Shown here: positions 49,582 to 59,616 of the stretch, piece after piece
Layout of the letters: each line of letters begins with the position of its first letter
How positions within the stretch are numbered: the first letter of the stretch is position 1
DNA from: Promethearchaeota archaeon
Lineage (GTDB): Archaea; Asgardarchaeota; Lokiarchaeia; Sigyniarchaeales; SOKP01
Length of the DNA: 64,000 nucleotides
Direction: 5' to 3'
NCBI GenBank assembly: GCA_048940445.1
Contig: JBHLON010000008.1
Coordinates: 1 to 64,000 of the forward strand
Made by a program: the position numbers and the translations under genes
Notes under the pieces: generated by a model
Databases searched by the model: none
What the model was told of the DNA's origin: nothing
Seen by the model: only the letters and a program-made list of their open reading frames with translations

Positions 49582-50205
49582 TTAACTTGATTTAGAGATC
49601 GAATTTTTCAAGATCAGCCATAATTCGTCGAGTTCTTTTCTAACCTCTAAAAATTGATGAATTTTTTTCAATAATACATCTCTAGCTATATCAAAATCTC
49701 GTTGATAATCTTCGAATTCAGCATCTAGAATTTTAAGTTTTTCACCCTCAATCAACTTGTTTTTCATCTTTTCTACATTTAAAGCCTTCTTAATTACTGC
49801 ACTTCTTTTACTGGCAAGTTCATTAAGAGCATCTGCAAATTCATTTTTTTTTTCAATGAAATATTCCTTCTTTAAGGCAAGATTCTTAATTGCATCTATA
49901 TATTTATTATTAGTATCAATATATTCATCATTTTTATGAATAATATCTTGATATAATCTTATCTCTTCTTCTTGTATATTTGATTTTTTTTCTCTGACTA
50001 AAGTTTGCATCTGTTTGATTACATCTCTAAAAGTTCTATTTAACATTTCTCTGGCGAGGTTTGCTTTAGTAAGATTTTCTGCGTACTTTTTTTGAGAGTT
50101 AATGAGATCGCTTTGGGCTTTAGCTAATTTTTTTATCTGATTAACTAACTCCTTTTCTGTTCTTGCTAATTCAAGTTCATCCTCATGTGTGATAATAGGA
50201 CTCAT
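49582..50205 (-). CDS. All-helical coiled-coil protein, BAR/IMD-like size
   Basis: 207 aa, almost free of Pro/Gly, three long amphipathic helices predicted by eye. Confidence 0.6.
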   Translation of the reverse strand: MSPIITHEDELELARTEKELVNQIKKLAKAQSDLINSQKKYAENLTKANLAREMLNRTFRDVIKQMQTLVREKKSNIQEEEIRLYQDIIHKNDEYIDTNNKYIDAIKNLALKKEYFIEKKNEFADALNELASKRSAVIKKALNVEKMKNKLIEGEKLKILDAEFEDYQRDFDIARDVLLKKIHQFLEVRKELDELWLILKNSISKSS

Positions 50206-50304
50206 TTTAATCAGCTTCTATTAAAAATTAATTATATTTATTTAGTGTATGTTTATTATGCTAATACATAATTATATATTTTAGTTTTTTAAATTTAATT
50301 ATAA

Positions 50305-51354
50305 TCATGCAGGAAATAAAGCTGTTAATATATTATCTTTAAAGTTTATCTTTATTATTTCTGCTTTAATTTTTTTATTTAACATTTCTTCGGAAAATAC
50401 GAAAGGTTTTTTCAATAGAACTTTTATTCCATAATTATCATCAAATTTTCCAATACATTCATAATCCCAACGTCCTCTGGACACTATCTCTAATTCAATT
50501 AAGTCATGTTTTTTTAAATTAATGCTTGAAATAGGCGAGGTCTTATGAATTCCAAAATCATTTGGTCCAAGTTTTAATTTGATATTATACTTCTTTTCTA
50601 GAGATGTTAACTGGTTATAGAAATAATCCCATGATTTTGGTCGAATTTTTTTTAATTTCCTTCCTGTTTTATATATGAGGTATTTCTGAATGCCGATTTG
50701 GACTTTTTGATTAGAATAACCTTTATTTCGTAATTGAATAACAAATTTTATTATTTCTTCAATATCTTTGTCATTTTGATTTGGAAACCATACAGGGGCA
50801 ATTAAAATATCGATATTTGTATCCAGTAGCAAATTAATATTTTTAATAAGTCCTTGAAGATTGTATTGCTTGCAATCACATAAATAATTTGCTTTTCTTT
50901 CATCTAAAGTATTTAAACTGATATTTATACGTGTAAGATTTAATTCATTTAGCACTTTAATAGTCTCTTTCGATAATAATAAGCCATTACTTTGCATCGA
51001 TATAATTTTTATACCTTGAACTTCCCAAAGTTGACGTATCAAACTATATAGTTCGGGATATAATAAAATTTCACCATAAGGTGCTATATGAATTTCAATA
51101 TCTGAACATGTTTTTATATCAACAGCTTTTTTTACTTCAGCAATTAAATAATCTGCACTCACTAAAAAATTGGTATTATAATTACCTGCATTTACAAAAC
51201 AATATTTACATTTCAAATTACACAAAGTCAGGGGCTTTATTTCAAGCACATTTGTACCACGATCTATTATTCCAATAAAGTCAACTCCCATTAGAGGGAT
51301 GTTTGATTTTTTATCTATATATAAATTAGTATTAGTCATTAGTCTTGAAGTCAT
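50305..51354 (-). CDS. Radical SAM protein with C-terminal TRAM-like domain (COG2100-like)
   Basis: IPLMG...GIIDRGTN.LEIKP...CNLKCKYC, GE, QSNG. Confidence 0.9.
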   Translation of the reverse strand: MTSRLMTNTNLYIDKKSNIPLMGVDFIGIIDRGTNVLEIKPLTLCNLKCKYCFVNAGNYNTNFLVSADYLIAEVKKAVDIKTCSDIEIHIAPYGEILLYPELYSLIRQLWEVQGIKIISMQSNGLLLSKETIKVLNELNLTRINISLNTLDERKANYLCDCKQYNLQGLIKNINLLLDTNIDILIAPVWFPNQNDKDIEEIIKFVIQLRNKGYSNQKVQIGIQKYLIYKTGRKLKKIRPKSWDYFYNQLTSLEKKYNIKLKLGPNDFGIHKTSPISSINLKKHDLIELEIVSRGRWDYECIGKFDDNYGIKVLLKKPFVFSEEMLNKKIKAEIIKINFKDNILTALFPA

Positions 51355-51367
51355 TTACCTAATTTAT

Positions 51368-52441
51368 TTAAGGTTTATATCTCAAAATGGCTACAATATC
51401 TCCTAAATCAATTATCTGCTGACCAGTGGGTTGTTCACTACTTAAGATGTGATATTTTCCTCCAGAATTTTCAATATCTGTCAAAACTTCTTCAATTTCA
51501 AGCTTTTTTTCTTTTGAGGTCCCTCTTATTAAAACATCTGCAATAAACAATTCTTCAATTACTCCATTCTTCGATAAATTAGCGATTTCTTTCATTCCAA
51601 TAGCGATTTTATCTGGATCAGTTGCTAAAATAGTAAGAATGTCCTCAATCTTTTCTGTTTCTTGTATCACTTTTACTTTTTCTTTCAAATCTTTTAACTG
51701 GGGAGATTTTAATATCTCAAATATCGCACTCTCGGTACCAGAACTAGCATGAATTGTAGTGATTTTTGAAAGATAATCTGGTTGTTTCTTTTCTTTAATA
51801 TAATTTAAAAATTTATCTTTTATATTTCCAGGACCACATAAAACAATTAAATTAATATTTATATTTTTTATATTCTCATCTAATAATTCATAGATATCAT
51901 TAAAAAATTCTTCATAAGCTTTGTTACGATGGATTTGTTCATACCTTTTTCCAGGAATTGTTTTTTTAATCGTAGCTATTTTTGTATGACTGAAGTTAGT
52001 AATCAGTACAGAATTCGCTAAACCAGTTTCGATAGCTATTATAAGTATAACAAAATTTGTTTCAAATTTTGAAGATTCTTTTAACCTTCTTATCTCGCTT
52101 TTTAACCAAGTGTCCTTTACAATATTTATGGTATTACCCACTTCAACATTGAAAGTATGATAGGCTCCAAATCTCACAAAATCTTCGGGTCCTTCATTGA
52201 TTGTACCTTTAATCCTTAATCTATTTGAAAATTCATGGAATGAAATAGATTCTACCTTTAATTTTATCCACATATTTTTTCTTTCTCCTTTAGTACCTTC
52301 CCTTAATACAACTCTCCTAGAAGTACGCATAGAAACATAATCATCCTTAGAAATAAGATTATAAAGTGTCCATAAATCATTTAATGTTTCAGTTTTAACA
52401 ACGACTTCTTGATTTTTTTTATCTATTTCAAGAACCTTCAA
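51368..52441 (-). CDS. pelA: Pelota (Dom34) ribosome rescue factor
   Basis: ETLNDLWTL, FHEFSNRLRIKG, GAYHT, IPGK, GPG, AILRY. Confidence 0.96.
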   Translation of the reverse strand: MKVLEIDKKNQEVVVKTETLNDLWTLYNLISKDDYVSMRTSRRVVLREGTKGERKNMWIKLKVESISFHEFSNRLRIKGTINEGPEDFVRFGAYHTFNVEVGNTINIVKDTWLKSEIRRLKESSKFETNFVILIIAIETGLANSVLITNFSHTKIATIKKTIPGKRYEQIHRNKAYEEFFNDIYELLDENIKNININLIVLCGPGNIKDKFLNYIKEKKQPDYLSKITTIHASSGTESAIFEILKSPQLKDLKEKVKVIQETEKIEDILTILATDPDKIAIGMKEIANLSKNGVIEELFIADVLIRGTSKEKKLEIEEVLTDIENSGGKYHILSSEQPTGQQIIDLGDIVAILRYKP

Positions 52442-52572
52442 ATATTAAGTCATCTTTCCTAAATTGAGTATTCCTAATTTAAATAAAGAATAAATATTTG
52501 AAAAGCTTACTTTTTTAAAGCTTATTTTAAACAATAAATAAAAAAAGGAAAATGAATCATAAATAAAGTGAA

Positions 52573-52725
52573 TTATTCTTTTTCTCCTAAGGCTTTTTTT
52601 ATTTTTTCAAGTTCTTCCATTCTTTTCTTCTTTTCTTCTTCCCTCTTTCTCAGTTCATCCACACTAACCTTTTGAAGAGTGACTCCTTTCTTAATCTCAT
52701 CTTGCAACTCTTTATCAATTGGCAT
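52573..52725 (-). CDS. 50-aa WH2/actobindin-like peptide, not in ORF track
   Basis: MPIDKELQDEIKKGVTLQKVSVDELRKREEEKKKRMEELEKIKKALGEKE; AAGGAG SD upstream; stands alone in the intergenic gap. Confidence 0.75.
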   Translation of the reverse strand: MPIDKELQDEIKKGVTLQKVSVDELRKREEEKKKRMEELEKIKKALGEKE

Positions 52726-52850
52726 TTTTCCACAACTCCTTTTGAATTGATAATTTCTGAGAAGAAATTATAATCTTAAATTTACAGATATTATAACAAT
52801 TTTTATTTATAAGTTTTAGTTTATAGAAAAATATTAAAATTGAAAGAAAA

Positions 52851-53297
52851 TTAAAGAATCAATTCCATCAAATAAGCATTTTCATGATTACTATAATAAT
52901 TCTCAATTTCTTGCACTATCTGGAATTCAAAGTTTTGATAAAGTCTTATTGCGATCTTATTATTTGTTTTTACATTTAAAATAACTTTATGGATATCTTG
53001 GTTCTTTTTTATCAATTCTAAGGTTGTTTGTAATAAGTAAGAGCCATAACCCATACTTTGATACTCTTGTTTTATTGAAAGATTTATTATATTAATAGTG
53101 TGTCTATTATCATGGATTGCGATTATATATCCTATTGTTTTAGATACTTTTTGGTTTTCTACCAACTTTAAGAATAAAGAATTACTTAGAATCAATTTTG
53201 TGATTGTTTGTTTTGAGAAAGATTCTGATTTGAAAACACTTTTCTCAATTTTCATAATTGTTTTTAGATCTTCTAAATTAACTCTCATTATTTGCAT
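52851..53297 (-). CDS. rimI: RimI/Ard1-type GNAT N-acetyltransferase
   Basis: YQSMGYG, LNVKTNNKIAIRLY, NYY...ENAYLM. Confidence 0.88.
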   Translation of the reverse strand: MQIMRVNLEDLKTIMKIEKSVFKSESFSKQTITKLILSNSLFLKLVENQKVSKTIGYIIAIHDNRHTINIINLSIKQEYQSMGYGSYLLQTTLELIKKNQDIHKVILNVKTNNKIAIRLYQNFEFQIVQEIENYYSNHENAYLMELIL

Positions 53298-53298
53298 T

Positions 53299-54438
53299 TT
53301 ATTCCATCTCTTCTTTAAACACCTTTATTGGAGTTTTTTCTGTTATTTGAGCATATTGCTCTTCTCTAAATGGAGTAGTTTCTATAATAAATCCATTTAA
53401 TTTATAATCATCTAGTATTTCAATAAATTTTTCTTCTAAAGTGAAAATAACTGGTACCTTTATCTTTTGCTTGTCATAAAAAATATAACTTTGTGGCATT
53501 TTTATTTTAAACAATAAATTTTCTATAAGTTTATCTAAGTTTTGCTTACTTCCTTCAATCTGAGCATATAGTAATAATCCATCTTCTGTAATTTGTTCAA
53601 ATGGCATTTTAATTGATTTTGCTCGGCGCAAATATCGTTCTTTTAGTTGCCAATAATCTTTAGCATTTATAGTACAAAAATGAATCTTTAGAGAGACTTT
53701 ATGTAAAAGCTCTTGTAATAAAGCTAGGGCCATTTCTTTACTGTGTTCTACAGCAGCAATTGAGCCCTTTTTTAATTTAAAGCCTCTTTCTATTAAGTAT
53801 TGGCTGTTTGGAAAAGAAAATTCAAATTCATTCAAATTTATAAAGTGGGCTCCAACTTTATCAAGAAATAATATAAATTCTCTGAGTTGCTTTATATATT
53901 CATTATTCGGAATTAACGGAACCTCTGCTCCAACCTTAATTCCTTTTTGTAATGCTAATGGGATTGAATTCCACTTTTCTTTTGGAGGATTAAATCTAAT
54001 TTCATCTAGTCCTACTTCAGCTAATGTGTCGGATATTTGTTTATTAAAACTTAATCCATTGGTATATAAATGAATGTGGAATTTCTTTCCCTTCTTTTCC
54101 TTAACATATTTTATTAAATCTATTGTTTTTTGAAAATTAGTTTCACTAAGGGGCTCTCCTCCGGTTACACTCATCCCTTTTGCCTTAGTTTTATTAATTT
54201 CATCAAGTATTTCTTCGTTGGTAAATACTCTAATTTCATTTGCATAAGTAAAATCTTTTCCTTTTCTTTCAGTAGAAATTGGACAATACCAATAACAATG
54301 CATGGGATTTTGACATTTTCCATTAAGAAATAAAACAGTTTTTGCTCCAATTAAACACAACTGGCATCCTTTTGGAATTCCTTTTCCTTTAATAAAAAAA
54401 GTTTGTGCTCTTGATTTTTTTATTCTTCTTCTTTTCAT
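53299..54438 (-). CDS. Radical SAM protein (COG2108-like)
   Basis: PKGCQLC..GAK.VLF, CYWYCPIS, TGGEP, HIHLYT, GLDEIRF. Confidence 0.9.
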   Translation of the reverse strand: MKRRRIKKSRAQTFFIKGKGIPKGCQLCLIGAKTVLFLNGKCQNPMHCYWYCPISTERKGKDFTYANEIRVFTNEEILDEINKTKAKGMSVTGGEPLSETNFQKTIDLIKYVKEKKGKKFHIHLYTNGLSFNKQISDTLAEVGLDEIRFNPPKEKWNSIPLALQKGIKVGAEVPLIPNNEYIKQLREFILFLDKVGAHFINLNEFEFSFPNSQYLIERGFKLKKGSIAAVEHSKEMALALLQELLHKVSLKIHFCTINAKDYWQLKERYLRRAKSIKMPFEQITEDGLLLYAQIEGSKQNLDKLIENLLFKIKMPQSYIFYDKQKIKVPVIFTLEEKFIEILDDYKLNGFIIETTPFREEQYAQITEKTPIKVFKEEME

Positions 54439-55142
54439 TTTTTATAGAGTTTTTTTCTTACGATAGGTTTTTTATTTGATAATCTTTTTAATACCTCTTC
54501 TGTACTTTCTTGAAAAGCGATTGCTTTTTTTAAGAAGACTCCTGTTTTTCCATGTTTTTCTCTTTTTAGTAAAACACTAATTCTTTCATTTACGGTATTT
54601 AAACTTATTTTTAACTCTTTTGCTGCTTTAAGTTCATTTCCAATGATAGAGTATTCTTCATGTCCTTCATGATTTGGTTTAATCATTACTAGTCGTTTAT
54701 CAACTCCTGGTATTCTAAGATGATTTTTCAAATCATTAAGACTTAGCTTACCTCCAAAATCATAAAATTCTAGTGAAGTGGTATCCATTTTTGAAAGTGG
54801 TATAGTTATACTTTCTAATTCACTTAAATATATGTATAATTTTAACGAATCATTAGGTGTTGCCATAATTATTTCTCGAAAGTAAGAAGTAATTCCGTTT
54901 TTATTCAAAAGATACTCAATTTGAAAAGGGGAAATTAATTGCAGAAAAATAAGATCAATATCACTGTCTTCATGCACATCCCCACGTGCAATACTTCCAT
55001 AAATATAGGGAGCAATTCCTGCTTTAGTAAATATTTCTAATAATTCAATAGCTCTTTTTCTTTTTGTTTCAAGAAGTTCCATTTGTTTTTCGGAGTAGAC
55101 GCATAATTGATAATGTTCTCTTAATATTTTTTCCTTATTCAT
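54435..55142 (-). CDS. Nucleotidyltransferase domain protein (COG2413-like)
   Basis: YGSIARGDVHEDSDIDL, EFYDFGG, RIPGVDKRL, GKTGVF. Confidence 0.9.
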   Translation of the reverse strand: MNKEKILREHYQLCVYSEKQMELLETKRKRAIELLEIFTKAGIAPYIYGSIARGDVHEDSDIDLIFLQLISPFQIEYLLNKNGITSYFREIIMATPNDSLKLYIYLSELESITIPLSKMDTTSLEFYDFGGKLSLNDLKNHLRIPGVDKRLVMIKPNHEGHEEYSIIGNELKAAKELKISLNTVNERISVLLKREKHGKTGVFLKKAIAFQESTEEVLKRLSNKKPIVRKKLYKK

Positions 55143-55161
55143 AGATTTAGCTTATTAGAAT

Positions 55162-55971
55162 TTATTTATTTTCTATAATCTTTATTATAGATCCGAAAAG
55201 TAATGTCTCATAGTACTTGAATGCATTGGAAGCTTTTCCAAAAATATTAATACCTTTTTTAATGCTTCCATAAAAATCAAGTTCTTCAATAAACCCTTTT
55301 AGAGACACTTTTTTAAGGATTCGATTTATTTTACCACTAAAAATTATGGATAACTTTGAGTTTAAGTTATTCGATTTAAACACGGAGTTTAAAAGAGTTT
55401 TATTAAAATTATTTAATTTTGGATTGATTAAAATAAGTTTATCATTATTGATATCATAAATAAATGAATTATACATAAGTTTAGTGCGTACAAAATTTAT
55501 GACATCATAATTTTTATTTAAATGAATTCTGTTTTGTTTAAAAAATTCAAATAAAGATTGGATTAACTTCATGAGTTCTTTTTGACTTTCTATCTTGATA
55601 CTTTCTTTGGTTGGTTTTTTAAGATTTTTAAATTGTAATATAATTACATCAACACTATAACTGCTTATAGCTTCAGCTAAAGCGTTAATTAATTTTCTTT
55701 TTTTTGATGTCTTAAGAATCATTATTAATGGATTATTTTTTTCAGAGCTATCCTTTATTAGTGATAATCTTTTTAGAGAATAATTTTTATTTATAACACT
55801 TAGAACAGATCCTTTGAAACTAATTTTTATTAATCGTTCATTAGAGATTAAAGTTCTCCATCTATTTAAACGTTTGAAAACTTTAACAGCTATCAGTATT
55901 AGGAGTAAAAAAATAATTATAATAGAATCTACTAAGATCCAGTTTATGTGAAATATATCAAAAGCCATCAA
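55162..55971 (-). CDS. Hypothetical membrane-anchored protein (possibly degenerate alpha/beta hydrolase fold)
   Basis: N-terminal TM helix; alternating beta/alpha pattern without GxSxG. Confidence 0.6.
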   Translation of the reverse strand: MMAFDIFHINWILVDSIIIIFLLLILIAVKVFKRLNRWRTLISNERLIKISFKGSVLSVINKNYSLKRLSLIKDSSEKNNPLIMILKTSKKRKLINALAEAISSYSVDVIILQFKNLKKPTKESIKIESQKELMKLIQSLFEFFKQNRIHLNKNYDVINFVRTKLMYNSFIYDINNDKLILINPKLNNFNKTLLNSVFKSNNLNSKLSIIFSGKINRILKKVSLKGFIEELDFYGSIKKGINIFGKASNAFKYYETLLFGSIIKIIENK

Positions 55972-55989
55972 TGGTCATTAAGGAATTAG

Positions 55990-56304
55990 TTATTTTATAC
56001 TTTCATTTATCCAATTTAAATATTTTTTAGATCCTTTATCAATTTCGATTCCTATACATTCTGGTGTATCATAGCTATGGATCTCATTAATTTTTTCAAT
56101 TAATTGGTTAGATTTTTTGTCATTTGTCTTAATCAGAAGTAAATATTCATTATTTTCTTCTATATTTCCTTTCCATCTATAAATAGATAGAATATCTTGA
56201 ATTATATTTACACACGCTACAATTCTACTCTCTACCAATATTTTTGCTAATTTTTTACCTTCTTCAAGATTAGGAACAGTAACAAAAAAGAGATAATTAG
56301 GCAT
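55990..56304 (-). CDS. cutA: Divalent-cation tolerance protein CutA
   Basis: ACVNI, SIYRWKG, E..LLIKT, HSYDTPE, YLNW. Confidence 0.96.
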   Translation of the reverse strand: MPNYLFFVTVPNLEEGKKLAKILVESRIVACVNIIQDILSIYRWKGNIEENNEYLLLIKTNDKKSNQLIEKINEIHSYDTPECIGIEIDKGSKKYLNWINESIK

Positions 56305-56425
56305 ACTAATTAATTGCTTTAATTCCGTTTTTCTATTACTATAATACTGATCTACAAATCATTTAAGATTTTCTGTATCTTAAAAAATTAGTGTAAAATA
56401 ATAACTTAGATTTATAGTATGGTTA

Positions 56426-56716
56426 ATGGATAATAATCATGATGATTGGTGGTACAATAAGATTATTAAAGGATATATTAAAGCACGAAATAATAGGTAT
56501 GAAATGCTATGGTTATGTAAAATACTCAAAAAGTTAATGTTCCTCTTAAATGTAGCACAAGATACGACATTAGTAAGGAATAGTTTAATTATACTCTTGA
56601 GTCTTATAGAAGATCTTCCTTTAGATAGATTTGCAAAAATAGGTAAAGATTTAAAATACCTATCTCTTAAAGAAAAAAGAGAACTAAAACAACTTTTAAA
56701 AGATGCATTAGTATAA
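56426..56716 (+). CDS. Hypothetical protein (96 aa)
   Basis: ATG-started helical ORF in gene-sized gap. Confidence 0.6.
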   Translation: MDNNHDDWWYNKIIKGYIKARNNRYEMLWLCKILKKLMFLLNVAQDTTLVRNSLIILLSLIEDLPLDRFAKIGKDLKYLSLKEKRELKQLLKDALV

Positions 56717-56781
56717 AGGGTATATTATTTAGATACTATTTTAGATTAAATAAACAAATTTTAATTAATATAAAGAAAAAT

Positions 56782-56970
56782 ATGGAGCTTAAAGATCAAT
56801 ATATCAATAATATAACAAAACACACTGGATTGTCTCAAAGAGAAATTGAATTTCTTATCGCTAAAAAGAAAGAAGAACTTGCTGAAATTTCTAAAATAAA
56901 TGTATTATATGTGATTTGTAAAGAACTTGCAGTTGATGTTAAAAGTATATACGATTCGTATCAAATTTAA
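56782..56970 (+). CDS. Small helical protein resembling the N-terminal domain of archaeal RPA/DUF2240-like proteins
   Basis: I...TGLSQREIE..I..KKEEL.......L..I.KEL.V pattern. Confidence 0.55.
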   Translation: MELKDQYINNITKHTGLSQREIEFLIAKKKEELAEISKINVLYVICKELAVDVKSIYDSYQI

Positions 56971-57155
56971 GTCTTAGAGATAATTTCTCTGTTGACGTAA
57001 AGTAAGCTAATTTTTTAATAGTTAAATTGGTAAGAATGACTATTTTTTTATGTAAGAGTCATAGATTCGTGTACTTTTTACAATTTTTCTTTATATACAT
57101 TTGCACTATAAGGGTAATTAAAATAATTATATAAAAAAATAAATTTAAAAATTGA

Positions 57156-59447
57156 ATGATTATGAACAATAAGTCCTTTAAATCTTATTCTTCAAAAAAA
57201 GATGTAAAAGAAAACATCGTCAACCCTTCCTATTATGATCCTAATACCTCAAAACGTAAAATTGAAGCATCAAAATTCACAAACATAAATGATAAACCGA
57301 AAAATGTAATCAAAGCTCCAAAAGTTGAACATTTCTCTACCTCCAAAAATAAAATTAACTCTCCACATCTCGATTCCAAGCCAGAATCATTAAATAGAAT
57401 CGAATCACCTACAATGGCAATAATCAGTCCAATCAAAAATGAAACCCAACTACCACAAACTCAAGAATCCATCGATGTAGTGAAAAAATCAAGCACGTAT
57501 AGTTCCCAAAAAAGTTGGAAATTTATGAATTATGACCAAAACGGCAAAACTTTTTCTCGAGAACAAAAATTAAAAGTTGCAGAAAAATATTTCAATTCCA
57601 AGATCTTACCAAAATTAAAATTAGATACTAAAATTAAAGAAAAATTAAAATCAGGAAAGGGAATAGGTGTCCGAGACCTTAATACACATGGATTTAGTAT
57701 GTTCTATCACAGTCTTACGAATTATGGAATTAAGGTTAAGTGGAATGAATTTAAAGCATTTGTAGGGTATAAAATTAGTATCGACCAAGATAAATACCGA
57801 TTCCTAAATTTCAATAAAGATGGAAACCGCTTAACCAAGCAAGAAAAAATGAGTATTGCCAAAAAGCATTTCAAAAATACAATCTTACATGATTTAGCAA
57901 AGATACCTGAAATCAAAGAAAAGTTAAGCATGGGAAAACCACCTACATATGCAGATTTACATCGTTATGGTCATTCAGGATTTATTGGTCCTCTTAGTCA
58001 AAAAAAACCTAAAATACGATACAATGAATTATTGAGAAGTTTTGATTTTAGACCAAATGTTATTAGAGGAAAGTATAAGTTCCTAAATTACGATAAAAAT
58101 GGAAATCTATTATCCTCCAGGGAGAAATTAAATATTGCAGTAAAACAGCTCAAGGGACATATTATCCCTACTCTTTTAGAAAAAGGAAAATATAAAGAAA
58201 GCCAACCTATTACAAGAAAGCTTCTTGATCAACATGGTTTCCAACACTTTACACATGCATTTGCTAATGAAGGTCCAAAAATTAACTTTAACGCATTATT
58301 AACTAAAGCTGGATATGAAATTAATATTGATCATAAAAAATGGGTTTTTTTAAAATATAATAAAAATGGTAAAATTCTATCCGTTAAAGAGAAACTAGAG
58401 AAAGCTGTGGATTATTTTCAGAATAAAATCTATCCGGGCTTGGTCCAAAAAGGAGTAGTAATCAAAGGTGAAGCTCCTACAACATTAGATTTAATTAAAA
58501 ATGAATTTACAGATTATTTAAATGCTATTATTCAAAAAAAACCTAAAATTTCTTTTAATCAAGTCATAAAGAAAGCAGGATTTGAACCAAAATCTTCTCA
58601 AGACCACGATAAGTGGAAGATTTTCTATGATGAAAATATGAAACCATTCTCTAGAGATGGAATTTTAAAGGTTGCAGCAAAATATTTTAAGGAGAGTGTA
58701 ATTCCAGATTTAATTAAAAAAAAAGCCATTGTAAAGGGTCAAAATCCAAGTGTGCATATATTAAAGAAATATGGACATTATGATTTTTTCAAGGCTATTG
58801 GAAGAAGAGGTTTGAATTATAATGAAATTCTTGTTGAAGTAGGTTATGACCCAAATTTTGCTAATAAGATGTCTGAAATCGGAGTAAACTTTCATTGGAA
58901 TGCTGAAAGAATCTTTTTAGAGCATACAAGAAATCTGAAATGTAATTCATTTTATGAAGTGAAAGGTAATGCTGATAATTCGATAATTGTTAACGAGAAT
59001 TTTAAACAACTATCACTTCTTTCAAATACTTTTACTCAAAAGCATCCTGAGATTAAAATTATTAATTTTGATTATTATTTAAGCGCAGCGAAAGAAAAGG
59101 TCTTAGAACACGGCGTAAGAGGTTATCAAGGAGAAGATAAAGCATTAATTCTTGTTCCAATCAATGCAAAAAAACCCCAAAAAATAGAATATGATTTGCC
59201 TTTTAGTTCTAACATTTTAGTGCTTAATCCCAAAACTTTTATTAATTTTATGGGTTATAAGAGCAAGATTCGGGAAGAATTCATAGAGATTATTGAACTA
59301 GCAAGAAAAGCGCCTTTTACACAGATTTGTGAACAATTACTTCGACAAAAAGCTTTAAAGAGTGTAAAATCAATTAAATTGGTTAAAAATGATCTAAATT
59401 ATTCTACTAATGAATATAGAATTTACATAAAAGAGAAAAAGGATTAA
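57156..59447 (+). CDS. Repeat-containing protein with putative C-terminal PD-(D/E)xK-like nuclease domain
   Basis: Low-complexity N-terminus, five repeats of about 90 aa, then G.NFH...E...YE...ADNSI...INFDY. Confidence 0.75.
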   Translation: MIMNNKSFKSYSSKKDVKENIVNPSYYDPNTSKRKIEASKFTNINDKPKNVIKAPKVEHFSTSKNKINSPHLDSKPESLNRIESPTMAIISPIKNETQLPQTQESIDVVKKSSTYSSQKSWKFMNYDQNGKTFSREQKLKVAEKYFNSKILPKLKLDTKIKEKLKSGKGIGVRDLNTHGFSMFYHSLTNYGIKVKWNEFKAFVGYKISIDQDKYRFLNFNKDGNRLTKQEKMSIAKKHFKNTILHDLAKIPEIKEKLSMGKPPTYADLHRYGHSGFIGPLSQKKPKIRYNELLRSFDFRPNVIRGKYKFLNYDKNGNLLSSREKLNIAVKQLKGHIIPTLLEKGKYKESQPITRKLLDQHGFQHFTHAFANEGPKINFNALLTKAGYEINIDHKKWVFLKYNKNGKILSVKEKLEKAVDYFQNKIYPGLVQKGVVIKGEAPTTLDLIKNEFTDYLNAIIQKKPKISFNQVIKKAGFEPKSSQDHDKWKIFYDENMKPFSRDGILKVAAKYFKESVIPDLIKKKAIVKGQNPSVHILKKYGHYDFFKAIGRRGLNYNEILVEVGYDPNFANKMSEIGVNFHWNAERIFLEHTRNLKCNSFYEVKGNADNSIIVNENFKQLSLLSNTFTQKHPEIKIINFDYYLSAAKEKVLEHGVRGYQGEDKALILVPINAKKPQKIEYDLPFSSNILVLNPKTFINFMGYKSKIREEFIEIIELARKAPFTQICEQLLRQKALKSVKSIKLVKNDLNYSTNEYRIYIKEKKD
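57516..58870 (+). repeat. Five tandem protein-level repeats of about 90 aa
   Basis: Each unit starts W/Y-x-F-L-N-Y-D/N-K-N-G, continues EKL..A..YF...I.P.L and G..PT..DL...G...F, and ends (F/W/Y)N..L...G(F/Y). Confidence 0.85.
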
Positions 59448-59616
59448 ATTATTTTTTTGAAAGTAATTAATGGCTCTTGAAAAAGAAATTATAAATATTG
59501 AGAATATTATTATTAATAAAATAAAAAATAGAGCTATTATTATCTCAAATAAAAATAAGGTAATGAAAATGTGTTGGCTTAATAGGACAATAAGCTTAAG
59601 AGGTGAACCATAAAAA

